A stretch of DNA of 64,000 bases, from positions 19,220,001-19,284,000 of the forward strand of contig OZ024758.1 of NCBI GenBank assembly GCA_964016885.1, in the 5' to 3' direction. The translations under genes were made by a program, and so were the position numbers. Of this stretch, positions 29,050 through 43,898 are shown in pieces. The DNA is from Eledone cirrhosa (Eukaryota). Positions within the stretch are counted from its first letter, which is position 1. The number at the start of each line of letters is the position of its first letter. A model generated the notes under the pieces. It did not search any database. It had not been told where the DNA came from and saw only the letters and a program-made list of their open reading frames with translations.

Positions 29050-29560
29050 GTTAAAATTCTCTCTGCACGACATAAGTAGCTTCAAAATGTTTCTATTGAC
29101 CTTTCCATCCGAACAATGCAGTCTAATTAGCATAGATATCCGCTGTATATGTTCACTCAGCAAGCTGTATAGACACAGAAAATGTCCGTGAGTGTAGCAA
29201 TTTTGCTTAACAGTATCTTCTCCAATATATGATGATTTAAATCAAGAGTCTTTACTTTCGATGTGCAACAGTATTGACTTTCTGTAAACTTTGACATATG
29301 GTTAATGTTATATATCCACACACGCAGATCTATTGCAAGCATCCACTGGAGAACTGTTCGGAGGGGAGGACTTGTACACCTTCCACCGCAGCTGAATAAG
29401 AATTTCCCACAAACACGCACACCCATGAATACATATATATATATATATAATTGGAAATTCTGCTTCGAAAGATCGAGACGTACCTGAGGATCTTGCGATT
29501 TCAGAGTCAGGTTCGATCATCGTATTTCTCGTCAGAGAAACGATTGTAATATGTCTAATA
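29050..29560 (-). mobile_element. Possible highly decayed Tc1/mariner transposase fragments
   Basis: FSDEK (~29525-29540), LRWKVYKSSP and MLSEHIQRISMLIRLHCSD in different frames and out of normal order. Confidence 0.3.
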
Positions 29561-29759
29561 AATTTTAATTCGTCGCACCACTGATTCTCCGTTCACACAC
29601 ATATATATATATATGTACACTGTGTATAATACTTATATATCATTTATATATATATACGTGTCGTTGTACGTAAGATGAAAATAAGATTTACTGCCCACTG
29701 CCATCGTGCCACCTACGGGGCTGTGTCCCCATTAGTGCTTTAGAAACCATAAGCAGTCA

Positions 29760-29911
29760 CTAATAAAAGGGGGCGCCAGGTCTCCTATCCCGATGACATC
29801 TCCATACATTCTGGTTTTGAAATCCAGGACATGGCAACGGCAATGAACGACAGGCTCACGAGGAGATCAATTGGTGAGTCCATTTCGGCTGAGGCCACCG
29901 GGTGATGATGA
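29760..29911 (+). mobile_element. RTE LINE 3' end
   Basis: [36 protein letters not shown] followed by a (TGA)n tail. Confidence 0.65.
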
Positions 29912-29940
29912 TATATTATATATATATATATATATATATA

Positions 29941-30008
<68 letters not shown>

Positions 30009-30009
30009 A

Positions 30010-30183
<174 letters not shown>

Positions 30184-30323
30184 CCAAAGATTAATATCGT
30201 TCATTGATTACTCAATGAATATAGTTTTACTATAGATTAAAAGCACTCTACAGTGAACTTTTCTGCCAATACTGGAATTGAACCAACAAGACCGTTGATG
30301 TAAGTCATACATCAATTCATGTA

Positions 30324-30385
30324 TTTTATCTGACGAGGATGTACTGAAAAAACAGCACATTACCCTCGAAATATATATAATAAAA
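30324..30385 (+). ncRNA. Type I hammerhead motif (imperfect stem II)
   Basis: UUUUAU-CUGACGA-GGAUGUACUG(AAAAAA)CAGCACAUUACCCUC-GAAA-UAUAUA-UA-AUAAAA. Confidence 0.6.
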
Positions 30386-30429
30386 CATATATTTTGATTA
30401 TGGGAATGTCTTTATTTATTAATATTCTG

Positions 30430-30510
<81 letters not shown>

Positions 30511-30931
30511 GCACTACTTATGTTAAATTCGAAAAGTTTGCAACATGCCACTGTTATGCTAATTTATTATAATTAGTTTACTCAACTTGTTATGTTTACA
30601 TGATATCTTTAGTTTATTTGTATAATGAGAAAATAGAGTAAACAGAAAAATGAGAAGAAATAATATCCGAATAGAAAATAAAATAAACATGAACATAAAA
30701 TAAACATGAAAATAAAATAAATAATTCAATATTTATTTCATTATTTGCAATGGTGTTAAGAGATAATTTGCATTGCTTATTATTACTATAGGGGTTAATG
30801 TAAATAAGTTCGATAATTTATATAAAGTTGCTTAATTACGTTTACGTTCTATTTCTCCCCAAATCTGCGATGATCGGTATACGTAGGTATATTTAAATAT
30901 GAATTTGAGATAGTAACATAGGTCATTGAAA

Positions 30932-31503
30932 TAATAATTGTTTCTACATGAGGCACAATGCCAGCAAATAACCAGTACATTACTGGTATGCATTTTATCG
31001 ACCCAGTGAGGATGAAAGGCAGAGTTAACCTCGGCGGGATTTGAACTCAGACTGTAAAGGGACGTAACTATGCTACAAAGCATTGCGTCCGACTCTCTAC
31101 CGATACTGCCAATTCACCTGAAATAATTATGGACATTATTTAGCCAGTATCGATAGAAGGTCTGACGCCATGCTTTGTAGCAATAAATTACGGCTCTTTA
31201 TGGTTTGATTTCAAGTCCCACCGAGGTTAAGATTGTCTTTCATCCTTGCGGAGTCGATAAAATAAAGTACCAGTAATACACTGTGGTGATTGCTGGTCTT
31301 GTGTGTCAAAAGTAGAAACAATTATATAGCATCGGTAGAGGGTCGGACGACATGCTTTGCAGAAAAGAGTTACATCCCTTTATGGTGTGAGTTCAAATCC
31401 CGCCGAGGTTAACTTTGCCTTGCACCGTTACGGGGGTCGATAAAATAAAGTACCAGTAATGCACTGGCATAATTGCTGGCCTGATGCCAAATGTAGAAAC
31501 AAA
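30932..31503. mobile_element. Three MetaSINE/MESC-type SINEs (30932-31118 -, 31138-31324 +, 31328-31503 +)
   Basis: Consensus matches; the first two are head-to-head. Confidence 0.85.
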
Positions 31504-32071
31504 TAGTTCTCAATATGCGATCTTTTTGAGTGTAAATGTCTTCTCTTTATATTTATCACTATTAAGGGTGAGGTAGGTTTAAAATATAAATATCACAGCC
31601 CCAAAATAGCTGCGCTTGTGCATATAGTAGAAATCATTATTTAGGTAGATAAGTGAGACACTACACAAATGCTTATTCATCTTAAATGGTATTCCTTCAC
31701 CTTCACGGTATATTTCACATTTCCGTTAGATAATTTAGATATTTCTGTTAATGTACTTGCCTGCCGTTCCATTAAATTACGCTTATAAAAACGGATAACG
31801 ACGTTGATATACTAGTATTTGGCGTTCTCATATGGTAACCGATGTAGGGATCACTTGAGCATATACTAAAAACTCTCAAATAAACTATACATGTATATCG
31901 TACAAAGGTATATTACATAGGCTTTCCTATACGACAATGTTCTAAACGAGACAATGTCAATGATACTACCTATTAATAAGAGCCCCCAGGACCGCATTAC
32001 ATAGGCATACGCATGTGCATGAATACGTTATTTGGAACAAGCTCTCTATAAGCTGTCAGAAATTGGCATTG

Positions 32072-32176
<105 letters not shown>

Positions 32177-32310
32177 AAAGTTTTATTTAAGATTGTTGGG
32201 TTACAACGAGTAAATATTTTATAACTGATATAAAAGCACTCAACAGTTTCTGGAGTAGGTTTACGATATTAAACAAATGGAAACTATATTTATATTTATA
32301 AAACCATATT

Positions 32311-32376
32311 TATTTCGTTATATATATTTCTGGGATATCATATTAAAAATATGATATGCCTTCCTCAGACAAAATA
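32311..32376 (-). ncRNA. Type I hammerhead motif
   Basis: Minus strand UAUUUUGU-CUGAGGA-AGGCAUAUCAUAUU(UUU)AAUAUGAUAUCCCA-GAAA-UAUAUA-UA-ACGAAAUA. Confidence 0.65.
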
Positions 32377-32648
32377 CGATACATATACATAAGCTGTTTT
32401 ATAAATAATTAGTAACATACCTTGTGGTAATGCAACTTCCTTTTAAAAAGTTTCTTATAAATATAAATATAGTTTCCATTCGCTTAATATCGTATATATA
32501 TATATATATATATATATATAAGAAAGAAGAAACGGGTTATCTAGGTCCTGGATAGGGTGTATTTATATTTAAGAGGACATCATGAACGGGAGAAAGGTTT
32601 CTTCATCAGTTGTCTGCTGAAGGTCATGGATATGTCTATGCATTAAAA

Positions 32649-32693
<45 letters not shown>

Positions 32694-32696
<3 letters not shown>

Positions 32697-32832
32697 CGAA
32701 GTAAATGTGGTAAGGAACCAGATGGACGATAACGCACCAAAGTACTCAATACTTAGGGTAGTAGAGTGGGTAATAGTCTAGAATTAGCCGTCGAAACGGC
32801 TTGAGCTCAGCCGTCGGGGTCCTACTCGTTCC

Positions 32833-32833
<1 letters not shown>
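32694..32833. mobile_element. Family A divergent pair in (TA)n
   Basis: Minus-strand terminus joined to plus-strand TAGAATTAGCCGTCGAAACGGCTTGAGC...GTTCCTA. Confidence 0.8.
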
Positions 32834-32881
<48 letters not shown>

Positions 32882-32942
32882 TGTAAATATATATACACAC
32901 ACAAACACATATATATATTATATATATTTAATAAATATACAT

Positions 32943-33053
<111 letters not shown>

Positions 33054-33681
33054 ATAAATATACATACATATACATCTATTCATATATAAACATATATATA
33101 TATTTTCTTAATATATATATATATATAAATATATATATGTGTGTGTTTTTTGTAAAATTTATGAGACATATGAGATCTTTGTATGTTTTACTTTTGTATT
33201 TATCAATACATGTAGCAGATATCAGATTTATTTTTTAAGCAAGATACTTATCGCAAATATGTCGTGAATTAATCTCTTTGTTCCAATAAATATGTATAAT
33301 CGTTACAGCGTAAGAAATAAAATAAAGTCGGTCGTATATTTTAAAAGAAGTCATAAGCTAATGGAAAGCAGTGTTGTGCTGTAACCTATAAATCTAGGAA
33401 ATCTAAAATTAATACATTCTAGAAAGCTTATATGTCCGTCAAACTTGACCAAAGATTACTTCCCGTGATTGATAGCATCAATACAATAAAAAAAAATACT
33501 GTAATCTCTATCAGAATTATATACATGTATATACATAAGTGTGTATATATAAATATATAAAATATACATATTCATATAACATTTAGAAATTCACACATAC
33601 GCTTACATACATATGCACAAATATTTCCTTTGTATATACATATATATATATATGTTTATATATATGTTTATATGCATATGC

Positions 33682-33785
<104 letters not shown>

Positions 33786-33898
33786 CATAAATAAATATAT
33801 ATATATAAACATATATATTTATATATATATAAATACACGCACTCTCTCTCACATATAAACATTTACATATACACATATATATACAAATATATTCGTAA

Positions 33899-34004
<106 letters not shown>

Positions 34005-34017
34005 GTATATATATATG

Positions 34018-34050
<33 letters not shown>

Positions 34051-34053
34051 GTG

Positions 34054-34102
<49 letters not shown>

Positions 34103-35229
34103 GTGTGTGGGTGTGTGTTTGTATATATAAAGTCGTGTGTATTCGTATGTATACATCTATAGAGAAAGTGATTGAACTTTTCATTCGTACGTTGTTCCTT
34201 TTTATCCTCGGCTTTACAATCACATATTGGAATTAACACATCATGGGTTGACATCTGACATTTATTCGTTGTGTGTGCAGAAGAGCATATGCGTTCAATA
34301 CGATATATAACATGCACTATTCGTATAACGTGTATCAAGATATTTAGATCTGAATAAATTCTTATATATAGTAGACACATGATTTGACGTTGGACATGTG
34401 AATCGAAAATCAATTCTGGGAGTTAGCATCATTTTTCTTTTTGCATTATTACAGTAGGTGTATAAACGGAAGACGTATATCAAATCAAGTAAACGTTATA
34501 GAAAAGTGTATCGTTGCAGATAACACTGAATGCAACCAAGCAACGGCAAATATATTGGAAATATTCTTTTACGAGATTTAACTCTCACCATATTCATGGA
34601 ATTATTGTTTTGATCAAATATTGCGGCGATATCCAAAAGTATAAAACCAACGACTGATCACTGAATGTTAAGACGTAACCTCGTTTATTACTCTAGAAAG
34701 AACGTTATATAACATTGATATTACACTATTGATACGACAATCTTACCAACCCACCCACCAACCCCCTGTTTTTCTTACTGCCTTTGGTTTAAAGAGGGCG
34801 CATTGCGTATAAGATATCAATGGCAATATAATACTGGTAATTATTTTATCAAATTTGGGTCAAAAGGTAGTTAAGTTGATATGATAGCATTATGACATAT
34901 TATATTTAATATATTGTTAGAAATGAATGAATCTAAATACAGCGAATTATTGTATTTATTATCTCTTTATTTCGTCTATTATAGAATTAAATGAGATGTA
35001 TTATATTCATTTTATTTGTTCTATATTAATGCGTTTTAGGCTCTTATAACGGCTTGGGTGAAGAGATATAAACACGAAAACAGGTATACATATCTATACA
35101 CTGAAAATATGCGTAATTGTGCATTAGTATGAATTTTATTTAAATATCTGTTGCATCATATATGATAATATATTTCTTTAAATGGTTTGCGACGTTCACA
35201 CCCTAACGCATATTCTCTCTCTCTTTCTC

Positions 35230-35590
35230 TAGTTTTGCCCATAAAATCTTTCCAGCGATGTTTTTCTGAGACATTATTTCATAGTATCGGAGCTGTGATC
35301 TCTCAAATATGAGAATTAGTGTCTCTACCTGGAGTGATTCAGCGATTTTTTCTTGAGGCATTCTAACTACATGCACATAGTATCAGAGCTGTGATCTCTC
35401 AATTTAGAGAAATAGTGTCCCTACTGGCAGTGATCCAGCGATTATGTCCTGTGACATTCTAACCACATGCCCATAGTATCAGAGCTGTGATCACTCAATT
35501 CGGATAAGTAGCGTCTCGACCTGGAGTGACACTGATCACCGAGCTACCCACATTATCGAGTAAAGTTACTCGTCGGAAGATCCGTTACGT
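35230..35590 (-). mobile_element. RTE LINE C-terminal fragment with internal 96-bp triplication
   Basis: Minus strand VTLLDNVGSSVI / SLQVETLLIRIE*SQL*YYGHVVRMSQDIIAG; unit starts at 35281, 35377, 35473. Confidence 0.75.
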
Positions 35591-36246
35591 GAAATTAGAC
35601 GTAAGAGCTTGACTATTCCACAGACACGTGTAGCCATTATATTATTCTCAGAGATATTCGCCATAACATCACGCGAGACAAGGCTGAATCTTTGTATTAC
35701 AAGAGTAGACTATCATATTTAATTATATACAGAAACGCGCCTATCTAAATTCTCTCACAAATATTCGTTCGAACTGAAGTTTATGATAAATACGACATGC
35801 CCCAAGATGACTAAACAGTTGGATTGAACACGAAGCCCTATGATTATTAATCAAACATCAAACACTTTGCCGTGCTATATTCATTTCTCTTTGTAATCAA
35901 GCAAATATAAACAAATGGGATATAAGGTATCATTTGAAAATTATACCAGTCGTTATAATTCACCATATCACCTTCATTATCAACAGACCATATTATACCA
36001 TATAACCCCTACACCATATAATATGTAATATGGAAAGCAATCATACACGAATATAATAAATATTATAGACACCTGTTAAAATGGAAACTAAAATAGCTAC
36101 GTTTATAATAACAAATTTACAAACATGATAGAATATATCTATAACTTTCAATTCAAGTGACATTAATTATTTGACAAAATAGTTCCTCGTGATGCATCTG
36201 ATTAGATCACGCTCACCCACACACACACAAACGCGCACACACACAT

Positions 36247-36289
<43 letters not shown>

Positions 36290-36409
36290 TATATACATAT
36301 ATAAATGAATATATAAATATATATATATGTATATATGTATATATATGTATATATATATATGTATATATATATATGTATATATGTATATATATATATGTAT
36401 ATATGTATG

Positions 36410-36534
<125 letters not shown>

Positions 36535-36630
36535 TATACATATATATTCATATATATATATATATATATATACATACATATGTATATACATACATATATA
36601 CATATGTATATACATACATATATACATATG

Positions 36631-36672
<42 letters not shown>

Positions 36673-36712
36673 TATATACATACATATATATATATATATA
36701 TGTATATATATG

Positions 36713-36757
<45 letters not shown>

Positions 36758-36758
36758 G

Positions 36759-36809
<51 letters not shown>

Positions 36810-36922
36810 GTATATATATATACATATATATATATATATACATATATATATACATATATAGATACATATACATATATACATATACATATATACATTTATA
36901 TATATACATATATGTATATACA

Positions 36923-37038
<116 letters not shown>

Positions 37039-37104
37039 CTATATGTATATATATATAAATATATATGTGTGTATATAGATATGTGTATATATATATGTAT
37101 ATAT

Positions 37105-37169
37105 TTCGTTTCTGAATTTGTTTAGCAAGATTCTTTATCTGAAATCGTGTGTTGAAACCGATATTGTTA
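37105..37169 (-). mobile_element. P2 terminal fragment inside (TA)n
   Basis: Reverse complement of ~26696-26760. Confidence 0.85.
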
Positions 37170-37205
37170 TATATATATGTATGTAGATATATATATATAT
37201 ATATG

Positions 37206-37258
<53 letters not shown>

Positions 37259-37311
37259 GTATATATCTATATTTATATCTATATGTATATATATATGTAT
37301 ATATAGATATG

Positions 37312-37349
<38 letters not shown>

Positions 37350-37433
37350 CATTGATATATATATATGTATATACATTTATATATATATATGTATATACAT
37401 TTATATATATATATGTATATACATTTATATATG

Positions 37434-37466
<33 letters not shown>

Positions 37467-37473
37467 GTATGTA

Positions 37474-37552
<79 letters not shown>

Positions 37553-37563
37553 GTATATATATA

Positions 37564-37632
<69 letters not shown>

Positions 37633-37643
37633 GTATATATATA

Positions 37644-37848
<205 letters not shown>

Positions 37849-37985
37849 ATATATATATATATATATATATATCTATATACACACATATATTTATATATAT
37901 ATATACATATAGATATATATACATATAGATATATATACATATATATATATACATATATATATGTATATATATATATATGTATAAT

Positions 37986-38087
<102 letters not shown>

Positions 38088-38102
38088 CATGTATATATGT
38101 AT

Positions 38103-38164
<62 letters not shown>

Positions 38165-39125
38165 GTGTGTGTGTGTGTGTGCGTGCGTTCCCATTTTATG
38201 TGTATGTGTGTACTTACGCCTACATGTATAATATTTGAATCGGTTTTATTTACCATATTTCCTGTGTATACGGATGTCACGCAAAAAGCCCATTAACTCA
38301 GCGTAATTCTATCTTCTGCTTAGGATGAAATATCAAATGTTTCTATAGAATTGAATACACACCTGAGAAGTGAATACATTTTGCTTTTAATGATACGTGA
38401 ATCAGATCAATTACTAACATATTTTAAGCCTAGAACAATGCAAACATAAAACATGCAAATGATACATTTGTGTAAATCCTATTCTGTATTCTAGCTTTCT
38501 TCAAACTTAGAATTCTTTTTTTAAATTTACCGTCAGAGGAATCCATATGATTTATATTGCAGCAACGACTTAATTTAACAGAAAAGCGCTCAAACACGGA
38601 CTATAAATCATGTACACGTCTTTCCAGCTTTTGGTTTCATTCCTCCCTTTTACTCGATCAAAATGTTTTGGTCGTTAAAACGTCTATGAAATGATAAGGT
38701 TTTGTAATTCTCCTAACCATTAATTTAAGGAAATACATTTCAATCGAGAATTATCTTATCTCACCAAACACTACCCTTTCTCTTTGAAATATTGTGAAGG
38801 GCCATCTCCTATGTAAGTTGTTATATATATATTTTCTTTACAAGGTTACCAGGAAGTGTTATATGTGATATTACATTCTACCTTCACTTAGACTGTCGAA
38901 AATACATACAAACCTTATTCTAAAAGTGTGTTTCACGTTTTCATGTAGTGTTCTACTCACTCGGATTTAATTGTATTTATTTATTATATGTTATTTATAA
39001 AAGACAGTCGAATGCTTCTAAACGTGCGCATAATTCAACGGTGATCCGGAAAACCTTAACCAATTCCTTTCTAGTTTTTAAAGAATGCATGCCCAATTAA
39101 TACAGAAGCATTATCGTGATATCAA

Positions 39126-39505
39126 GGGCGGTGGATTGGCAGTATCGGTAGAGGGTCGGACGCCATGCTTTACACCCACCAAAAGAGTTACGGCCTTTTA
39201 TGATCTGATTTCAAATCCCGCCGAGGTAAACTTTGCCTTTCATCCTTACGGGGTCGATAACATAGAGTATCAGTTATGCACTGGGATAACTGCTGGCCTT
39301 GTGCCAAAAGTAGAAACAATTATTTAGACAGAATAGGTAGAGGGTCTGACGCCATGCTTTGCAGCAACGAGTTACGGCCCTTTATGGTTTGAGTTCAAAA
39401 CCCGCCGTGCTTAACTTTGCCTTTCATCCTTAGGGGTAGATAAAATATAGTACTAGTAATACACTGGGATAATTGTTGGCATTGTGCCAAAAGTTGAAAT
39501 AATTA
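39126..39505 (+). mobile_element. MetaSINE/MESC-type SINE head-to-tail dimer
   Basis: Two consensus matches. Confidence 0.85.
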
Positions 39506-40029
39506 TCGTGATATTAAATAAATGAAAGAAATATATAATTATATACTCATAACAAATGCATAATATCTATTTAATTGAATTGAACTTGTAATAAATAAAG
39601 TAACGAATGAAGACCTACATGATCATTCAATGTGCTAGAAGAGGCTATGAAATATTCCTAAAATACGGTGCATTTAAAAGAAAGACACACTGACTAAACT
39701 TTGCCTAGATATACAGTAACCCTGGGGACATATACATCATTATAATCATGCTGAGCCTGTGATTAAACGTCGGCAAGTACAACAGCAACAGTAACAACAA
39801 CAACAACGACAACACATAAAACAGGAATACTCAGTTTAAACACTGTTTCTAGAGCAATACAGTGACATATATAATAAAGTCAAGTCTACATGCTTTGCAG
39901 CATTTCGTGACTTCCCGTTACACCTTGAGAAGTTCAAATGCGTTCATGAATCTCCAACTTAATCAATAAAATTACTATAAGTAATGTACAAGTCTTGAGC
40001 AAATCGATTTATTTATTTCATCAAAACTC

Positions 40030-41438
40030 TACACAACTTTCCAAATGTGGAACATCGCACAAACAAAAAACTCAACCCCTATGGAAGAAATAACCTAGAC
40101 ATCAGTAGAGCGCCGACCAGGAGGTGTAACTGCCCTGATAGATCTACGTGCCCCCTCAACAACAAATGCCGAGAACGTAACGTGATCTACCAGTGCAACG
40201 TGAGAACGGACACCTCCAACAAAGCCTATATAGGATTAACCTCGAGTGACTTCAAGACCCGGCTCTACCAACACCGAGATACTTTCCGAAACCAGATCCG
40301 GCGACATGCCACTACACTTTTGGGCCACATCTGGGACCTCCAAGTAATAATATAACCTACAATCTCACTTGGAGCTTACTGTCCACAGCTAACTCTTACA
40401 CGGGAGGACACCGTCCGTGTAACTTATGCTCGGAGGAAACATTACAAATGCTGTTCTTGAAAGACCACCTCCTAAACAAGAAAGACGAACTGGTAACCGC
40501 ATGCAAACACAGATTTCGTAGGACTTACCTCACCCTCAAACCCCATAACAACCCGGGTGGGCAGACGAGGGCTGATACACCCCCTCCCCCCACTTGCCGA
40601 ATAAGTTAGGGGAAACACCAGTTTATCTCTTTTCTTTTCTTTTCCTCTTTGTCTTCTTCTTCCCCCTGTCTCATCCTATCACTTCCTTCTACCCCCTATT
40701 TTCTACCTCGTCTGCTCTTCCTCTTTCACCTACCCCTATGCAGCTCATCGGGCCTCTGTAGCATCAGTTCCCCCACCCCTGTACGTTTAAAATAGAATTG
40801 GCTGAATACGTTTTACTAACTACTTATAACAGACGTGTTAAACCCCTTTAATGTTGTATCAGTTCTGGTACTACTCAATTTCTACAAGTTTTTTTCTATT
40901 CTCAACTTATTAACCTGTAATTGTAGGATAGCATTGTGTTTTTATTTACTCATTTCTCACTATTTAATTTTATATATTTTTTTATTTATTTCTATTATCT
41001 TTTATTGTCTCCTACTCTCATTCGATTTACCTATTGTATAACCTCCCTCCTCCACTTCATACACTATCCTTAGAATCTGCTGTATACATATCACTTTCAA
41101 CGCTTGACCTCTCCACTCACACCCCAATTGTTCTACAGGCAAGTTCAGCCACACCTACCTCCCACCAAATGCCATGATAGACATATCTGTGTTTACAACA
41201 AATGTTAACCAATCCTCTTGACAACTACAATCGTCCCATATAAGGAAGTAGCCCCTTGACAAGTTCGGCTATTTATTCACCAGGCTAAAAATTCTAATGT
41301 AGTCCAGAAATAGCCGTCGAAACGGCTTGAGCTCTGCCGTCAGGGTCATACTTTTTCCTATTAACCACTCTACTACCCAAAGTATTGAGTACTCTGTTGT
41401 GTTATGGTCCATCTGGTTCATTACCACAATTCCTTTCT
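40030..41438 (+). mobile_element. 5'-truncated Penelope-like element whose 3' terminus defines family A
   Basis: GIY-YIG, then pyrimidine-rich UTR, then family A terminus, then (TA)n. Confidence 0.75.
40047..40609 (+). pseudogene. Penelope-type GIY-YIG endonuclease remnant with one frameshift (~40345)
   Basis: CNCPDRSTCPLNNKC...VIY...YIGLTSSDFKTRLYQH...HIWDL, then in another frame YNLTWSLL...CNLCSEE...LLNKKDELVTACKH; stop at 40607-40609. Confidence 0.88.
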
Positions 41439-41636
41439 TATATATATATTATATATATATATATATATACATACATACATTTATTTCGTCAATACTCATG
41501 TTTTTCCATTTCTCCCAGGGTTCTTAACCCCACTATCAGGCTAAATCATTTCTTGAATTTCTTTAGTCAAAATACGGCGGTTGCTTACATTAATAATAAT
41601 TTCAAAACTTCTCGCTGTTTCGAAAATATTCTTCCT

Positions 41637-41672
<36 letters not shown>

Positions 41673-41676
<4 letters not shown>

Positions 41677-42280
41677 TGGCTGCCAACTCGTTTTCTAGTA
41701 CGGCCACTACTGTATATCCATGTAGGAGAACCCCTACCGATACTCTGAACGAGTGTGACTTTTTAGTCCAGCCAGCGACTTGAAAACTCTGGTACAAACA
41801 CTACACTTGTGACAATTATTGACACATAGTGCTGGGCCCATGGTACCATGTGACGACAAGTCCAGAGAGATCTCCAGATATAAAGCAATGCCTGTGTCGT
41901 GAAGCTTTTATAGTGAGCAATGGCACTGCACAAAGCCAGTCCCATTCTCTTAACCAAGATGATATTTACCAAAAAGAACAAGTCAACATCATTGGATACC
42001 ATCAGGGTTGCAGGAGTTATATCAGAGTTTTCCTTCTCCTATATTTATGCCTTGACAAAGGCTAAGGGGGTCATCTCTCCCGGTGATTTTGGATGGCCAT
42101 TGACTCTTAAGAGCTCCTTTACCCTTTGACAGATTTTGTTTTTACTCCTGCAGGATGTCCAGTCACCCTCCTCACCAAAACACCTTCGTGGGGTTGCCAG
42201 TTTAGTCGCCAACGACCCGACCATGAGACATGTTGTACTGGGATACATGTCACCAGTAGCACTAACTGATGACCTGACAT
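41673..42280 (-). mobile_element. Family C element, longest copy (~600 bp, non-coding)
   Basis: Three copies in the window share the same terminus ...GAGTTGGCAGCCACCA-(TA)n. Confidence 0.85.
42197..42274 (-). ncRNA. Putative HDV-like ribozyme at the 5' end of family C
   Basis: P1 GGUCAU/AUGGUC, P2 CCAGU/ACUGG, P3 ACA/UG(U) around ACCUG (two-copy consensus), GGG, P4 UCG(UUGG)CGA, J4/2 CUAA. Confidence 0.55.
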
Positions 42281-42303
42281 AATTTATATATATATATACA
42301 TAC

Positions 42304-42428
<125 letters not shown>

Positions 42429-42473
42429 TGTATTTATATATAGAGATAGATAGATATACATATATATATATAC

Positions 42474-42586
<113 letters not shown>

Positions 42587-42726
42587 TACAAAAAATATAT
42601 ATATATACACATATATATAAATATATATATATTTATAAACATATATTTATTTTTTATATATATATATATATTTGCTTGTGTGTTTATATATTAATATCAT
42701 ATATATATACATATATATATACATAT

Positions 42727-42757
<31 letters not shown>

Positions 42758-43671
42758 TTTATTTATATATATATATATTTGTGTGTGTGTTTATATATTA
42801 ATATGTGTATATAAGCGTGAGCGCGTTTATTTATATCAAAGGGAGACATGCTTCAGCAACATTTATATTAACAAATTACACCTGTTTAATTCTCAGGTAT
42901 TAAAACGTATCGTTTGTTATGTTCAACAGTTTTCTTTTGTTTCAGTTACCTGAGTAATAAATCTTTAGGATATGAACAACGCACACAAACACCCATTATG
43001 TAAGCATGCACATCCATACATATAGACTTATACACGAATGCATATGGTCTCAGAATCTTAAATGCATACACACACACATATATGGACACATGTAATATAA
43101 AGTTTATGGTGAAATATACGATACGCAAATCAGGCTAGATATATTTATTTAATTACGTACGTTCTATTATATACATGTATAGGTGTATGTAGGTATTCAT
43201 GTATGCTTGTCTAATGTTTAGAGGTAGTCTTTGCTACATCACATGTTATTTATATGGAAATATATTTATATATCCAGATCTATATACACAGGAGCTTGTG
43301 ATTTTGCATGTGTGTAAATAAGGAACACATTTTCCATCCAACATGATATATTAAAATAAAATTGTGTTCAAATTTGATCCCCTTTTATCAAGTATATTGA
43401 AACTCACTTAATAATATTTCAAGCGAAACAACGGCATTCATAAATATATAAATCTATTGTTTGGAGGTCTTCGCAAGGAGAAATCCGTCGTGTGGACTAT
43501 GTATTGATGAACGAATAAATATTCTAAAGAGATTATGCAATAGTGATTGCCTAAAAACGAGAAATGAATTATTCACACGTTGTCCACACGTCTCGAAACA
43601 CCTCTTGAATAATTACAAAGCTCTGGATTGAATTACAACATCATAATTTTCTTATCAACTAGAAACTTTTC

Positions 43672-43898
43672 GAAATAGTATGATAGAATATTAAATGATA
43701 AGTGTTAATTGAACAAGTACTTTCATGCTTTCGGAATCTTCAGGTTCATAATGTGCGGTGACAGTCAAGTTTGCAATTTTCAACTGTTGAAAATTGCAAA
43801 CTTGACTGTCACCACACATTATGAACCTGAAGATTGCGAAAGCATGAAAGTACTTGTTCAGTTAACACTTAACATTTAATATTCTATCATACTATTTC
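43672..43898. repeat. Near-perfect palindrome (113-bp arms, 1-nt centre) carrying a hammerhead in each arm
   Basis: Mirror sum 87570; a handful of mismatches. Confidence 0.92.
43822..43860 (+). ncRNA. Minimal type I hammerhead ribozyme (39 nt)
   Basis: UGAAC-CUGAAGA-UUGC(GAAA)GCAU-GAAA-GUAC-UU-GUUCA; palindromic stem III AGUACU; the mirror copy at 43710-43748 (-) has a stem II mismatch. Confidence 0.8.
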
